Made by a program: the position numbers and the translations under genes. The notes under the pieces were generated by a model. It ran no database searches and was not told where the DNA came from. It saw nothing but the letters and a program-made list of their open reading frames with translations. Shown here one piece after another: positions 25,530 to 37,010 of a DNA stretch of 64,000 bases; positions within the stretch are counted from its first letter, which is position 1, and every line of letters begins with the position of its first letter. The stretch comes from Psammoneis japonica. Its lineage: Eukaryota. The stretch spans positions 62,001 to 126,000 of the forward strand of contig QPGO01000020.1 in assembly GCA_008632985.1 (NCBI GenBank). Reading direction: 5' to 3'.

Positions 25530-25813
25530 TATGAAATGTATTCAGTCATGAGGACATCATACGGACATAAAGAAATGGCCCCCGTCGATTGATCCAATCG
25601 ACTGTAATTCGAAACGAGTACACGAAATGATCAGAATCCCTCCTTAGAGCGTTGAAAGTGTTCTGTTCAACGCTCTGTGCAAATAATGGAGAATACTCCA
25701 CTACACTCAAAATTTGTGAATTTACTTCACTGTAACAACTAAACTCTTTATCAGTCCAAATACTTGGTGAACGTCGCCAGGAGATTCGACGGACAGTAGT
25801 TAGGTATTCTAAC
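25530..25813 (+). repeat. Copia LTR-like segment that retains TpA
   Basis: Similar to 15895-16165 (ttcagtcatgaggacat, aatggcccc.gtcgattga, ttgaaagtg, ctctgtgcaaat). Ends ...ttctaaca. Confidence 0.6.
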
Positions 25814-26048
25814 ACACGATACATCGCGGAACGCATCGGTCGGTCGGCCGAACCCGTCCTTCCTTCGCTTGCGGTAGGCATCCATCTACCGGTAAATCAA
25901 CCTCTTTTCTCAAGTTTCGTCCGCCAAAGCTGGTTCTAAAAATAATGAAATCACTCTAACATAGGTATTTGGATGATTCTACGTATAAGATAATAAGGTA
26001 GTCCAAATCGAACAAAAATGAATGCGGTAGGAAGAACGACACCAGGAC

Positions 26049-27548
26049 TCATGTGCTTTCTTCTTCCTTCTGTTGCAGTCGCCTTCGTTTTTGTCTTGCA
26101 CGGTTTCGTGCTTTTGACTTTGTCTTCTTTGCTCTTGCCTTTGCCGTTTTTACAGAAGCTCGGCTTTGGCTTCCGTTCAAGAATTCGTCTAGCTTGTATC
26201 TCAATCGCTTCCGGGCGATATTTCGATTTTGAGACAGAGATCGTGTTTCTTGACACTCCACGCGGAGTTGAGTTGGCTTGTGCAACAGAACAACGCGGTT
26301 AGCTGTTTTGTTGATTTTCTGTCCACCCGCACCAGAGCCCCGGACAAAAGATTCTTCCAACTCACTTTCCTGGAGCATCGGTAGCTCTCCTTTCTTGGCA
26401 CCGCCACTGCTGCTGCTTCTTTCGAGTCGATTCATTTCCAGAGCAATCTCTTCCACAATCGACTGACGCAACGAGGAGTCTGGAAGCAGAGCAACCAACT
26501 CCGAAAACACATCTAATGCCAACAAATCCGTTGTTGGTACGAGGGATGGTTCCGGACACGAAATGGGATCCTGTCGCGCGTCGCGAAACAGTTGGAGAAC
26601 ACCTTTAACATACGACTCTAGCCGATGCTTTGAGACCAGACCTATAGCATTGTCGTTATCGACAGCCTCTTTCTGTAAATTTGATGATGCTTGTTTCAGA
26701 GAGAGAAATCGGTCTTGACCTAACGCTAACTGTATTTCTGATGACACCTGAGCTTGCCGTTGCCGATTCCATTCTAGGATACGATCACGCTCTTGCTTCC
26801 ACTCGTCATAAGTCTTGACAACGTCTTGAATTGTCTGACCTCCATTGTTCCTTCCGAAGACTCTGTCAATGCGACGGCTGCGATCCCATACAATGCGTTC
26901 TCGGTACCGGATTGCCACAATACGGTGCTCTGGCAATGCCATGACAAACATAGTTTGAGACCCAGCAACTGATTTGTTGGGCAAGTCCATTGGTGCTTCC
27001 ATGACCTTGTCATCTACTCGATCATAATAGAGAATAACAAAATCTTCTTCCGACAAATGTGGATCATATTGGATGCGTCGCAACACCTCCGCTGCCGGAA
27101 CTAGTTTGTCTCGCGCCCCGCCTGTGGTTGAAGCTTCGCTTTCCGCTGTTCCTTTGCTGTCGCTAAACAGGCGTTCATACGCTGGACTATTCACATCATT
27201 TAGCTTTTCCAAGCGACGTTCTACACCCCCGAGTCCACGTCCCAAGAGACAAGATAGTTCTGGCAAGCTGTCCTCTCGGTGCTCCCACAAAAGGCGATCT
27301 TGCTCGATCGTCCATTCTCGATACACATTCTCCATCGGTTCGGGGTTGCTTGATGCTGTGATTGTGGCGAATAAGCGAGATGACGAAATGCCTTGAACCG
27401 ATGATTTGGAATATTGAAGAAAGGATGCATGCGGAGAATGGCTAGTGAGAGCCAATCGTGTGACTCGCCTTCCACCAAACCCCATCGTTCTACACACTAG
27501 TGTCATCATCATGGTCGTGACAACTAGAAACAACCACGCATTTGTCAT
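26049..27548 (-). CDS. Organelle-targeted protein fusing an MJ1316-like domain with a class I release-factor GGQ peptidyl-tRNA hydrolase domain (C12orf65/ArfB-like), 499 aa
   Basis: N-terminal signal peptide and Ser-rich transit-like region. EVLRRIQYDP...YYDRV...LPEHRI...IVWDR (MJ1316-like). FVRGSGAGGQKINKT...CQETRSL..NR plus a basic tail (RF-1 domain). Confidence 0.85.
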   Translation of the reverse strand: MTNAWLFLVVTTMMMTLVCRTMGFGGRRVTRLALTSHSPHASFLQYSKSSVQGISSSRLFATITASSNPEPMENVYREWTIEQDRLLWEHREDSLPELSCLLGRGLGGVERRLEKLNDVNSPAYERLFSDSKGTAESEASTTGGARDKLVPAAEVLRRIQYDPHLSEEDFVILYYDRVDDKVMEAPMDLPNKSVAGSQTMFVMALPEHRIVAIRYRERIVWDRSRRIDRVFGRNNGGQTIQDVVKTYDEWKQERDRILEWNRQRQAQVSSEIQLALGQDRFLSLKQASSNLQKEAVDNDNAIGLVSKHRLESYVKGVLQLFRDARQDPISCPEPSLVPTTDLLALDVFSELVALLPDSSLRQSIVEEIALEMNRLERSSSSGGAKKGELPMLQESELEESFVRGSGAGGQKINKTANRVVLLHKPTQLRVECQETRSLSQNRNIARKRLRYKLDEFLNGSQSRASVKTAKARAKKTKSKARNRARQKRRRLQQKEEEST

Positions 27549-28050
27549 GTGGAATCAAACTTTGTCGGCAGATTTTTTTTTAGTAAACCAATTGAAAGAT
27601 TGGCATGGCATAAGGAAAATAGAAAGAGCTCACCATAAAATGGAATAAGAAAGGAGAAAGCACAACCAAAGGTAGGAGAGTGGCGGAGCAGTTGGAGTGT
27701 GTCGGCGGACTAGAGTAAAGGTCGGCGGTTTGCGGTTTCTCATTCGCTTCGAACCCGCTCTCGATGACGTGGCTGGTCGCGCAGACACCAGGTACCCACG
27801 ACTAAACGGTCATCAATGCAGACCTTGAAGCACGTGCTACCGATTCCTCTGTAGATTTCTACGGCAAGGCCGACGTCATCCGTTGAAACTGACGGCCACA
27901 GAACGAAACGCGCACTGAACTCTCTTCTTCCTTCTTCCTCTCCATCACATTCATTTTCTCTGGGCTGTTGGAGACCGGAGGCGCTCTAACAAGAAGGAAG
28001 CTTATTCAACGCATACGGTGTATGTATTGTGTTGAGAAATAAAAGCCGCG

Positions 28051-31000
28051 ATGGCGACACTGTATATTTTGTACGGCTCTGCGACAGGCAACGCGGAGCA
28101 CATTGCAAAGGACTTGGCCGCAAAAACACCGCCGGCGCCCTTTGCATCGATTGAATGCCACGCCATGGAGAAGTTTAAAAAGTTCTCTGACGCCTGGTTA
28201 GCCGAGCCAGCTCTGAAAAAGCATGGTTTGATTCTTGTCACTTCCACAACCGGTAACGGTGATCCTCCCGAGAATGCGTCTCGGTTTGTGCGCTATCTGA
28301 AAAGAAAGACGACTGTACAGCTGCAACCCTTTTCGAAATGCGCTTATGCTGTTTTGGGCTTGGGAGATACAAATTACGATCAGTTCTGTGCCACAGGTTA
28401 CATGGTAGATCGTAAAATGCAAGAGTTGGGCGGGACACGTGCCAAAACGATTGCCGCCGCTGACGAAGCGACGGGGTTGGAAGATGTTGTCGAACCCTGG
28501 GTCGATTCGGTGTTTGCTGATATTGTTCGCACATGTACTCAAGACAACGCTGCTACGACGGAGCAAGAAGTAGAGAAAGACGTACTGGCAGATTCCCAAG
28601 TGAATGCCTCTGAAAAAGCTTCAATCCCCCCGCCGACTCTACCGACGAAATCGCCATCACCTCTTTTCATTCTCTATGGATCTGCTACTGGTAACGCCGA
28701 GCAAATTGCTAAGGATTTGGCAGCTACATACGAATTAATCCTGAAGAATCCGTTGAGCAAGTGCTATTTTGATTCTGTAATATGCTGTGAGGCCGATCAA
28801 TACAAAAAGAAAAATTGCTTGTCCATCTGGGAAAATGAGCCACCACCCGGTACAAAGCACGGCCTGATTCTTGTGTCATCAACCACGGGCAACGGAGATG
28901 CCCCAGAGAATGCGTCCAGATTTACACGATACATCAAGCGAAAGACTACGGCGGCTAGCATGCCCTTTCAACACGTGGCATACGCCGTCTTGTAAGCATG
29001 CTTCAGGAATACACTTTTCGCTATCTCTTTTCACCCCACCTTACTCTGAACCTGAATTTCTTTCTTTCCTACTCTCAGGGGACTGGGTGATACCAACTAT
29101 GACAATTTCTGTGCTACCGGGAAAACGTGGGACCGAAAACTAGCGGAACTAGGAGGTACCCGTGCCATGCCCTTGGCTGAGGCTGACGAGGCCACCGGTT
29201 TAGAGGATGTTGTAGAGCCTTGGACGAACAACATCCTGGAAAAAATCACCATGGTTTGTCAAGGATCTTCTTCTACAGAATCCAAAAAACGGTTGCCCAT
29301 GACACAGCAAGCGGAGTCCACCCCTATTGACCAAGACTTTGACGAGGAAAAGAAAGCTGAGCCAGACGTGGTTCACGATAGTTCCACTGTCTCAGTAGTT
29401 GAATCAAAATCCAGAGGAGTTGACACTGTTTGCTCTTTGCTGAATATGGGTGAATCCAACGCCATACCCAAGGTGGACCATTCGTTGCTCCCATCTCTTG
29501 GCGCCAGTTTATCATCCTGTGAATTGTACCGCGACGACGATCCTCCTTTGGTTGGTCGACGCAGGTCGCGGGGCATGTCTTTGGTGGAAATGGATCACAT
29601 GACAATATCTTCAGCGAGCAGCACGGCCATACATTACACACTTGCAAGGCCGTTTCAAACTACTATTGTCGGTGCACGATACTTAACCAACACTTCGACG
29701 GCCGCCGCGGAGGAAGTTTGTAAATCTTTGGAGGAAAAGAATGGCGCAATAGATACTGACGAAGCCATTGTTTCCTCCATTGGGGTTTTCAACAAGCATT
29801 TTCCTCTAAAAGCAGATTCTCAGGGCATGTCTTCAGACGCGGAAAAGGAGAAAATCGATCGAAACAGTAAGCGTGTCATTGAAATGTCCTTGGCGTTGCC
29901 AGACGACTACACCCTCGAATACAAGCCAGGCGATTCCCTAGGTTTGATTGTCCACAACACACCTGAGGCGGTCAGGTTCGTTCTTGAGATGTTGCGAAGA
30001 AACCACGGTATCCAGGCAACGCAGAAGGTGTCTGTAGATTCCAACCACCCAATCACCATCGCTGATGCGATTATCAATCACATCGATTTGTGTTCTCCGT
30101 TGAAGAACAAGCGTATTTTGCATTCGCTATCTCAGTTTGCAACTGACGCCGCCCAGGAATGCGCCTTGAGACTTCTTGCTTCGAAAACTCCACACGGAGA
30201 GCAACTGTTTGACAAGTATGTAGACGGCCAGCGCATGTCAGTAGTTGATATACTTCAGGACTTTCCGTCGTGTCAACGGATACCACTGGAAGGACTCTTG
30301 GGTATTTTGCCAGGGATCCCTCCTCGCTACTATTCGGTGAGCTCTAGCCCGCTTCACAAGCGCGAGCCGCTCAGTCTTACGGTTGCGTTTTCCGTTGTGG
30401 ATTATCTGACTCCTACGTTGGTAAACAGAGTTGGCAAGGAAATCGGTGGTCGGCGACGTATCGGCGGAATTGCGACACGGTATCTCGAAGTCTTGTGCTC
30501 TCCCTTTTTGTCGGGTCACTCACTCGATAACGCTCCAAAGCTGAAGATCTTCCCGAAACCGACCGCAGAGTTCCGCATGCCTGCGACAATATCGACGCCG
30601 CTCATATTGATTGGACCTGGCACGGGCATTTCTCCTTTTATGGGATTCCTGTCGCATCGTAAGGCAGAAATCAAATCTATGGAGTCAGCAGAACTTGCCA
30701 ATACATTGGTGGAGGGCACATGGCGTGGCGACTATGAGCTTGAACCCAATGAATTGCCCATCTCCAACAGCGATGCGAAAGGGTTGAACCTTGGGGTTGA
30801 TTTCAGGAGGCACCAAAGTGTCGGACCAATTCATGTATTCTTCGGTTGTCGTCACAAAGAGCACGATTGGCTGTACAGACAAGAAATGGAGCAATTGCAC
30901 GCAGAGGGCATCATTTCCAAATTACATACGGCCTTTTCTCGAGATAGTCCGCAACGAGTCTATGTACAGGATCTCATGAAGCAGTGCGGATCACAGTTGA

Positions 31001-31191
31001 CGGATCTTGTTTTGAAAATGAATGCGTCTGTTTACGTGTGTGGAGATGGAAACGCCATGGCGCGTGATGTTCAGTTTGCGTTAGTTGATTTGATTGCACA
31101 GTGCATGAAGGGCGACGAGGAGGGTGCCAAGGAATATCTTGAAAGAATGAAGCTGCAGAACCGATTTGTAATGGATATTTGGACTAGCTAG
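28051..31191 (+). CDS. MTRR: Diflavin reductase (methionine synthase reductase-like) with two tandem flavodoxin domains; intron 28992-29078; ~1017 aa
   Basis: Two copies of LYGSATGNAE...STTGNGD.PENA...LGLGDTNYD.FC. FAD-binding PRYYSVSSSP; NADPH-binding IGPGTGISPF, FFGCRH and YVCGDG; C-terminal DIWTS. An 87-nt GTAAG...CAG intron restores the frame. Confidence 0.88.
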
Positions 31192-33440
31192 TTAAAGGAA
31201 TGAAATACTTTGTCATCGCGAGAACTGACCTATTAGGACGTTAATACAAAGTATGCCAATCATGGGTTACCTACCTAACCGAGTTGCAGCCGCCGTAGCA
31301 ACCTGCCGTGTAGACCTGACCGAATACGGATCCCGTCCACTCCGACAACAGATTTATATACCGGTAGTGCTGTACAGTACTTTGACACAGAATGAGATTT
31401 CCTTGTGTACAAGTACCCAAAGTAGTAAGTGATCTCTTTCCGAGTGGTGGAATATTTTCTTTTCTTGCGTTGAAGCTTCGGCACCGTTATTAAGACAGTG
31501 GATTCTACTGCTGCTATGACTTATACTGCTACTACTGCGACTACGACCGCGACTACTACACGTGTCTCCGCAACTCCGCTGCCATGTCTTTGTTGGTAGA
31601 CCTGCTAGATGACAAGTAGAAGATCAATTCATTTTCCTAATATGTATTCCCTTGTTGTTCTATATATGAGATGTATTGTGATCCCAATCACATCATGCTC
31701 AACATGATGCTTGATCCCGTACAAGACAAGCAGTTTCCGATTCAAATTTCCAAACGTAGACACAGGAGAAACAGAGAACAAACCAAGGAGAAAGCGCATG
31801 GCTGACCAATGGCAATGATATTGGTATTATTGTTGCGCAGGATTTTTCACTCCTCGTCATCAATGCGCACAACATTGGTCGCAATCATGTGAGAATGGCG
31901 GGCAATGCCAGGGAACTGGCAAACGGCTTTCCCAGTGGCTGACATTTTGATAAAAGTTCCAATGCGCCCATTGTGGTCACATACACGGCAGCCTGCAACC
32001 AATGGAAGACGGTCGCCACCCCCAACATTGCCCACAGCCTCGGCGGGCGCCGCCTCCTCTTCCAATAAGCCGCCATTGTCCACAGCCTCGGCGGGCGCCA
32101 CTTCTAAGAGCTCTTCGATGGGTGNTTTTGGGGGGGTTAGTGACTCCAAGAGAGGGGGGGAGGGGAGAGGAGAAAGAAGGAGGAGGAGGAGAGAAAGGAA
32201 GGAGAGAGGAAGGGGTTGCGAGGGCAGCGAGCTTGATCTAAAAGGCAGAAGTGGTTTGAAGAGCCATCGTCAATTCTTTCTCCCGTTTCACCACCCGATG
32301 TGTCAGATCTCCGGGTGCTCCCATGTTGAAGTAATTTGGTGTGGTGACACAGATCGAGACATTGTAGTGTTGAAGTATCTCTAGTATGAATTTACGTAGA
32401 AATCTACGCAATTCAGGAGTTTCCCTCCGACACCACACAAAAAATCGACCATGAGACCTGCAAGAGCCGGTAGTCGAAATTGTCGCCGTCACTTGTGATA
32501 CTGTTGTGACAACAAAGCACGCATTAAAACTCTCTCTGATGAATGAATATACGAAAAGAGATGTATGAAAAACGTGAAAAATGGATAAGAAATGCTTGGT
32601 ACTTTTTCCATTTTTTGAACTCGTCTCTCACCGCTCTTGCGTTGCAATTTCTGTTCGTTCTTGACAGATTGAAGAGCCCTCCTTTAAGCATTGATCATTC
32701 ATGGCGTCTCTCATGCTGATGCTTTGTATTGTTGCCTTTTTGGCTTCAGCCGAGTGTTCACCCTTCGTTGACGAGGCTTTAGAAGTTGTTGGAGTGGTGG
32801 CTTTTCAGGGTTCATTGGAATTGCTGAGTGCGGCGGTACCACAAGCGCTGTTGACCGGGATATGATGGAATGGATGTCACATGTTGGTTGTGGGTGTGGT
32901 TTGTTTTGGCTGGTAATCTACAATCTACCACTTTTGGAAAAGTCCGTGTATAAGCGGCAGACGAGGTTGCCCTCGTCTTTAAATAACACGGGCTACTGCC
33001 GAGGTTGCTGACTGCAGCAGCGCCTCGGTAATTTTTTTTCTGCAATAATGTTCATGTGGCCCCACCTCTGAACATTGAGACGGCCAACGAGAGCCAAGGG
33101 GTTGCCCCCCGGTGAGGCGTTGACTGGTGCTTCCAAGGACGGGAGTGCCTTCAACCGCCGCAGACCCGAATCTCCGTTGCGATAGGGTTCACCTGCCCTT
33201 GAAAGGTGGCATTTGAGTGTGGTATTGTGATGAAGTATGTGGAGGACACAACAACCAATAGTTATAGAAGTGTGGTAGATAAGAAATAAAATAGTGAATT
33301 CGTAACTCATGGAAACTCAGCTCTGTTTCGAAAACACTACTGTGCGTCTCTAGGCTAGATCGCTTCTACGAGTAGTAGCTATCTCACGAGAATGTCAACA
33401 AAAGTAGTAATACATAAAGTATGCCTAGTAATGATAACAT

Positions 33441-36400
33441 CTACCTCCTTGACTGCTGTCTCTTTGGGCAATCCTTAGAATGCGCTGGTCGACCTCTTGG
33501 TCGGCACCCCGTCACACTGTAGCTTTGCTGCAGCTTGTATTGTAGGAAGACAGGACAACAGTATGGATCAATGTCTTGCTTCCTCTGATCCCGTATCAGA
33601 TCATTAAGATTTGAAAGAGCCGGTTGCACTTGATATGGAACAGATGGGAGGGATGCGCTCATGCTCGATGCAATGGCAACTTGTTGTGACAGGGCGCTTC
33701 TCACGGCTTGCAACATGTTGAACTGCTCCTCGACTCGAACGTGAGCCGCGTTAAGTAATGGTGTGTCATTCACACACATAGATTCAACCCCCACCTGAGG
33801 AGCCGCCACAATTTCCACAAAACCACTAGCCGGTCGAACGCTTGCCACTGCTGTAGTTTCTCCATCGTTGCCGTTTCCAACAACTGATCTTGTTGTTCGC
33901 TTGTATGGATTTGTCACTGGCTTTGTCCCACAGATATTGCACATACATCGATCCGTCTCCGGGTGTGGAGTAATTGTTTCATTTCTAGCATTCTGCTCCC
34001 GCAGGTACTTGGACAGAAAACGCTCGCCGGTGTCCGCCTCGAGTTCCCTTACATCTGGATAGGGCGCTTTCTTCCCCTTCTTTGTTGCTAGCTTGTTGAT
34101 TTCGATTAGATTGAGCACGTTCCGATGAGTAACCACACCCCGAAAATCGTATGGAATCTTTGCTCGAGTCTCTGGATTCATTCGTTCAACGCGTTCCTTT
34201 TCTTCAATTGTAGCGTTGTAGAGAACCAAACCTTCCAGAGTGATCAAATCCATCAATGAATCTCGCATCCCACAGTTCCCATAATGAGCCAGCGAATCAT
34301 GAGCCTTTTCCAACTTTGACTCCGGCCCGAGTAATGTCCGCCACTTCACCAGCTTCGCTCTTGAACGGAGCGATGGAGCCACTGGCCAGTACTGCTCTGA
34401 CTTTGGCACTGGAACGTCCAATCCCTTGGATGTTTCTCTTCCATTTGCCACGGCATCCTTTGTATCACTTGTAAAGAGTGTCAAACCACTGTTTGGATCA
34501 AGACGTCCCCCAGCGGGTCGCGATCCATCAGAAGCCGTACACTTATATCGGGCGTGCCAATCGTCAAGCAAGCTGATTCTCTTTTCCAGCGGATGCCTCC
34601 AAATGCGCATGTATTCTGAGTAGTGCTTCCACCTGGAAGAATGGATGATCTCATCTATTTCTGCATCCGTGTGCTTTTTGCCATTGAGAGTTCCATCCTT
34701 GAGGGCTTGTATTACTGCTTGGCGGTCCGACCACTCGGTGTATGAAACTGTAGCTCGAAGGTCCCGAACTGCTTGATGATAGTCGACGTGGTCTTTTCGA
34801 AGTGTCTGTACAATACGGTGCATCCAGTGAAAGAGACCCAAACGGCATACTATGTAACCTCCAAATAACACCTTCCATAACGATGACTTATTCGGCCAAG
34901 TGTCGCTGTAATGGATTTTTGGACGCACGTTCTTTCGCCTCGCGAACTGCTCGGCTGCGTGAGCAAAATCTTTTGCTTCCAACGTCGGTGTCAGACAAGC
35001 AACTCCAACCTGTCCCTTTTCGTTGCACATAGTAAATAGTCCTGCCGCCGCTCCACCACCTTTCTTTGTATAATTCTTGAGAATTTGAAAAGTGTGGTCA
35101 GAAGCCACGCTCATTGATGCTCCCACCATCTGGATCAATCTTGTACATCTGGAGTATGATGACGTATCAAGAGCTGTCAATTCTGATGCGCCAGATTCAT
35201 CATAAAGATCAAGAATCGCAGAACCTGATGGACTGTAGCTGCCAATCCACTCGTAGAAAGATATCCAGTCACCTGATTCATCGTTGGCTCGTTGATAATA
35301 CTCTTTCTGGAGATCCTCGAAATAGGCAGCTCGCATCTGGTGTAGCGTGTGAGAAAACTTATCGCCGTTTGCGTACGTGACAAGAAAGGATTCAAATAGC
35401 CTTGTGGTTTCCCTTGTAAGGTGCCATTTGTTGGTTGCGCTGGCATACTTTGGCTCAGTTGGATACGATGATTGAAGGCTTTTTGGTAACTTGTGTAGCA
35501 GTCGACCGTCGTTGCCCTTGCATCGCGTCTTGCATTTGTTGCACTCATACCACATTGACACTGCCACATGAGTCTTACCGCTGATGCAATATATTGGCGT
35601 CGCCCCACCGTATCGAGTAAAGTCCATACGGTCATGAATCATCTCCCCGTCACACTCTCCGTCAATACAGGAAATGTAGATGTTAGGACAATTCAGCTCC
35701 CAACAAACGATGTATATTATCATACCCTGCAGCTGGTGGTAGTAATAATCAGGCGGTGAAGTGCAGTCATCCTTGGGAACTTGAAACGATATTGTACCAG
35801 GCGGAAAGGTACCATCCTTGACCTCCAGAATCTCTTTGAGCTTAGTGCTTTTTGCTGTAGCAACAGGATACGTGTTGCTGCCCTGATCAAATCTGGGCTT
35901 GACAGAATCCAACAGATAACTGATAAGAGCACTCACTGCAGCCGGGCACTTTGTCTTCTCCTCCGAGTTCTCATACTTTTTCACTCGTGCTCGAATCTCT
36001 TTTTTCAACGTCTCAACCGAGAATTTTGTATTCCTTGCGGCATCAAAAAGATTCGGGTTGCTTGCGACGGTAGAACTGGACGCTCCCAGATTCACGGGCT
36101 TGCAAAAGTTTGAATCACCGGGAGGAGGCAATGGAGCTCGACTGTTTGATTCTTTAATTTCAAAATGGTCTTCCATGGTAGAAACTCCTTTCTGTGGGGC
36201 GGCTGGGATCGTATTGTTCTTTTCATGGAGCTCTTTTTCCCGTCGCTCTGCATCTTTCGTAGCCGCGGTGACATTGATTTGCATGTATCGTTTCGAAAAC
36301 TTGCACGTGGGATCGTGACCATGATGGTATGTAGGCCCATTCTCACACCTCTTGCATTTCTTTGTTCCGTCGTCTACTCTTGGCACCTTGCGCCCACTTA

Positions 36401-36635
36401 AATCGCTCTGTTGCGTGCGCTTCTTACGTGTCTGCGCTTGACTTTTGCTCGTTTTAATGGAGCCTTTGCGCTTCTGGGATTGAATGCCCATGTTGATAAA
36501 GAAAGGATGCAGCTGCTGCTGTGTAGCCACTTTTAGTGGAGCTGATTCTTCTTCAACGTCGGTCATCATCGAAGCACCAGTAGAGATTGTACTTTTCTCT
36601 CTCGTGGGTTTTTTTTGTGAGAGAATTTTTCTCAT
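33441..36635 (-). CDS. Putative DNA-transposon transposase (DDE-type, DUF6729-like), intact, 1064 aa
   Basis: Zn-finger-like CKRC...H...C and C....C...YECNKC. Core motifs SDHTF, MCNEKGQV, YSDTWP and RLGLFHWMHRI resemble DUF6729-associated transposases, from recall. No TIRs found. Confidence 0.6.
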   Translation of the reverse strand: MRKILSQKKPTREKSTISTGASMMTDVEEESAPLKVATQQQLHPFFINMGIQSQKRKGSIKTSKSQAQTRKKRTQQSDLSGRKVPRVDDGTKKCKRCENGPTYHHGHDPTCKFSKRYMQINVTAATKDAERREKELHEKNNTIPAAPQKGVSTMEDHFEIKESNSRAPLPPPGDSNFCKPVNLGASSSTVASNPNLFDAARNTKFSVETLKKEIRARVKKYENSEEKTKCPAAVSALISYLLDSVKPRFDQGSNTYPVATAKSTKLKEILEVKDGTFPPGTISFQVPKDDCTSPPDYYYHQLQGMIIYIVCWELNCPNIYISCIDGECDGEMIHDRMDFTRYGGATPIYCISGKTHVAVSMWYECNKCKTRCKGNDGRLLHKLPKSLQSSYPTEPKYASATNKWHLTRETTRLFESFLVTYANGDKFSHTLHQMRAAYFEDLQKEYYQRANDESGDWISFYEWIGSYSPSGSAILDLYDESGASELTALDTSSYSRCTRLIQMVGASMSVASDHTFQILKNYTKKGGGAAAGLFTMCNEKGQVGVACLTPTLEAKDFAHAAEQFARRKNVRPKIHYSDTWPNKSSLWKVLFGGYIVCRLGLFHWMHRIVQTLRKDHVDYHQAVRDLRATVSYTEWSDRQAVIQALKDGTLNGKKHTDAEIDEIIHSSRWKHYSEYMRIWRHPLEKRISLLDDWHARYKCTASDGSRPAGGRLDPNSGLTLFTSDTKDAVANGRETSKGLDVPVPKSEQYWPVAPSLRSRAKLVKWRTLLGPESKLEKAHDSLAHYGNCGMRDSLMDLITLEGLVLYNATIEEKERVERMNPETRAKIPYDFRGVVTHRNVLNLIEINKLATKKGKKAPYPDVRELEADTGERFLSKYLREQNARNETITPHPETDRCMCNICGTKPVTNPYKRTTRSVVGNGNDGETTAVASVRPASGFVEIVAAPQVGVESMCVNDTPLLNAAHVRVEEQFNMLQAVRSALSQQVAIASSMSASLPSVPYQVQPALSNLNDLIRDQRKQDIDPYCCPVFLQYKLQQSYSVTGCRPRGRPAHSKDCPKRQQSRR

Positions 36636-37010
36636 CGCGACAGAAGTCTGTGTTGTTGTGTTTTTCCGTGGCGCGAAAAGAAGATGATTTCGGTCTCCGC
36701 ATCATTTTGATTCTTGTGTCTGATTTTGGAGAGTTGTCTCAGCCTCCTCATCTATAAATGATTGCGTCAGATTTTCCGAAAAAATGTTAATTAATTAGTC
36801 GGAAAGTCCTCGACTTTCCGAGGGCCCCCTATAAGTAGAAATCCCAAATGCTGAATTCTGATTGGCTCTCGTAGCGCCATTCCTAATCCTCCCTCGATGG
36901 GTGGGCCTTGTTTCGCTCCTAAAAATGGAAAGATAATGTAGAGTTAGAACAATCAAATAAACAGAGCAATTAAGACACGCTGTGGATGGTACAAACCTCC
37001 AGCAGTCTCT

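Larger units (their letters stand above)
15890..25813 (+). mobile_element. Disrupted Ty1/Copia (CoDi-like) retrotransposon(s) with a ~4 kb internal insertion (~18390-22530)
   Basis: Gag-like remnant ~16250-17500. Motif PNLHCAPNGKVRLLSPQH (~18335-18390) resumes as WAKTQK at ~22533. GAG-pre-integrase LLRLHQKCGNISFLKLQEM...C..C and integrase HADNG (23010-23570). RT KKWKARLNAD...TCAPLASWNS (24729-25040). Related LTR-like segments at ~15895-16165 and ~25530-25813. Boundaries are approximate. Confidence 0.75.

Noticed and set aside
25546..25881. 111-aa minus-strand ORF
   Set aside because: It lies antisense within the Copia LTR-like segment and has no recognisable motif.
31847..32149. 100-aa ORF with a short internal repeat
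   Set aside because: It has a non-ATG start, contains an N and matches no family I recognise.
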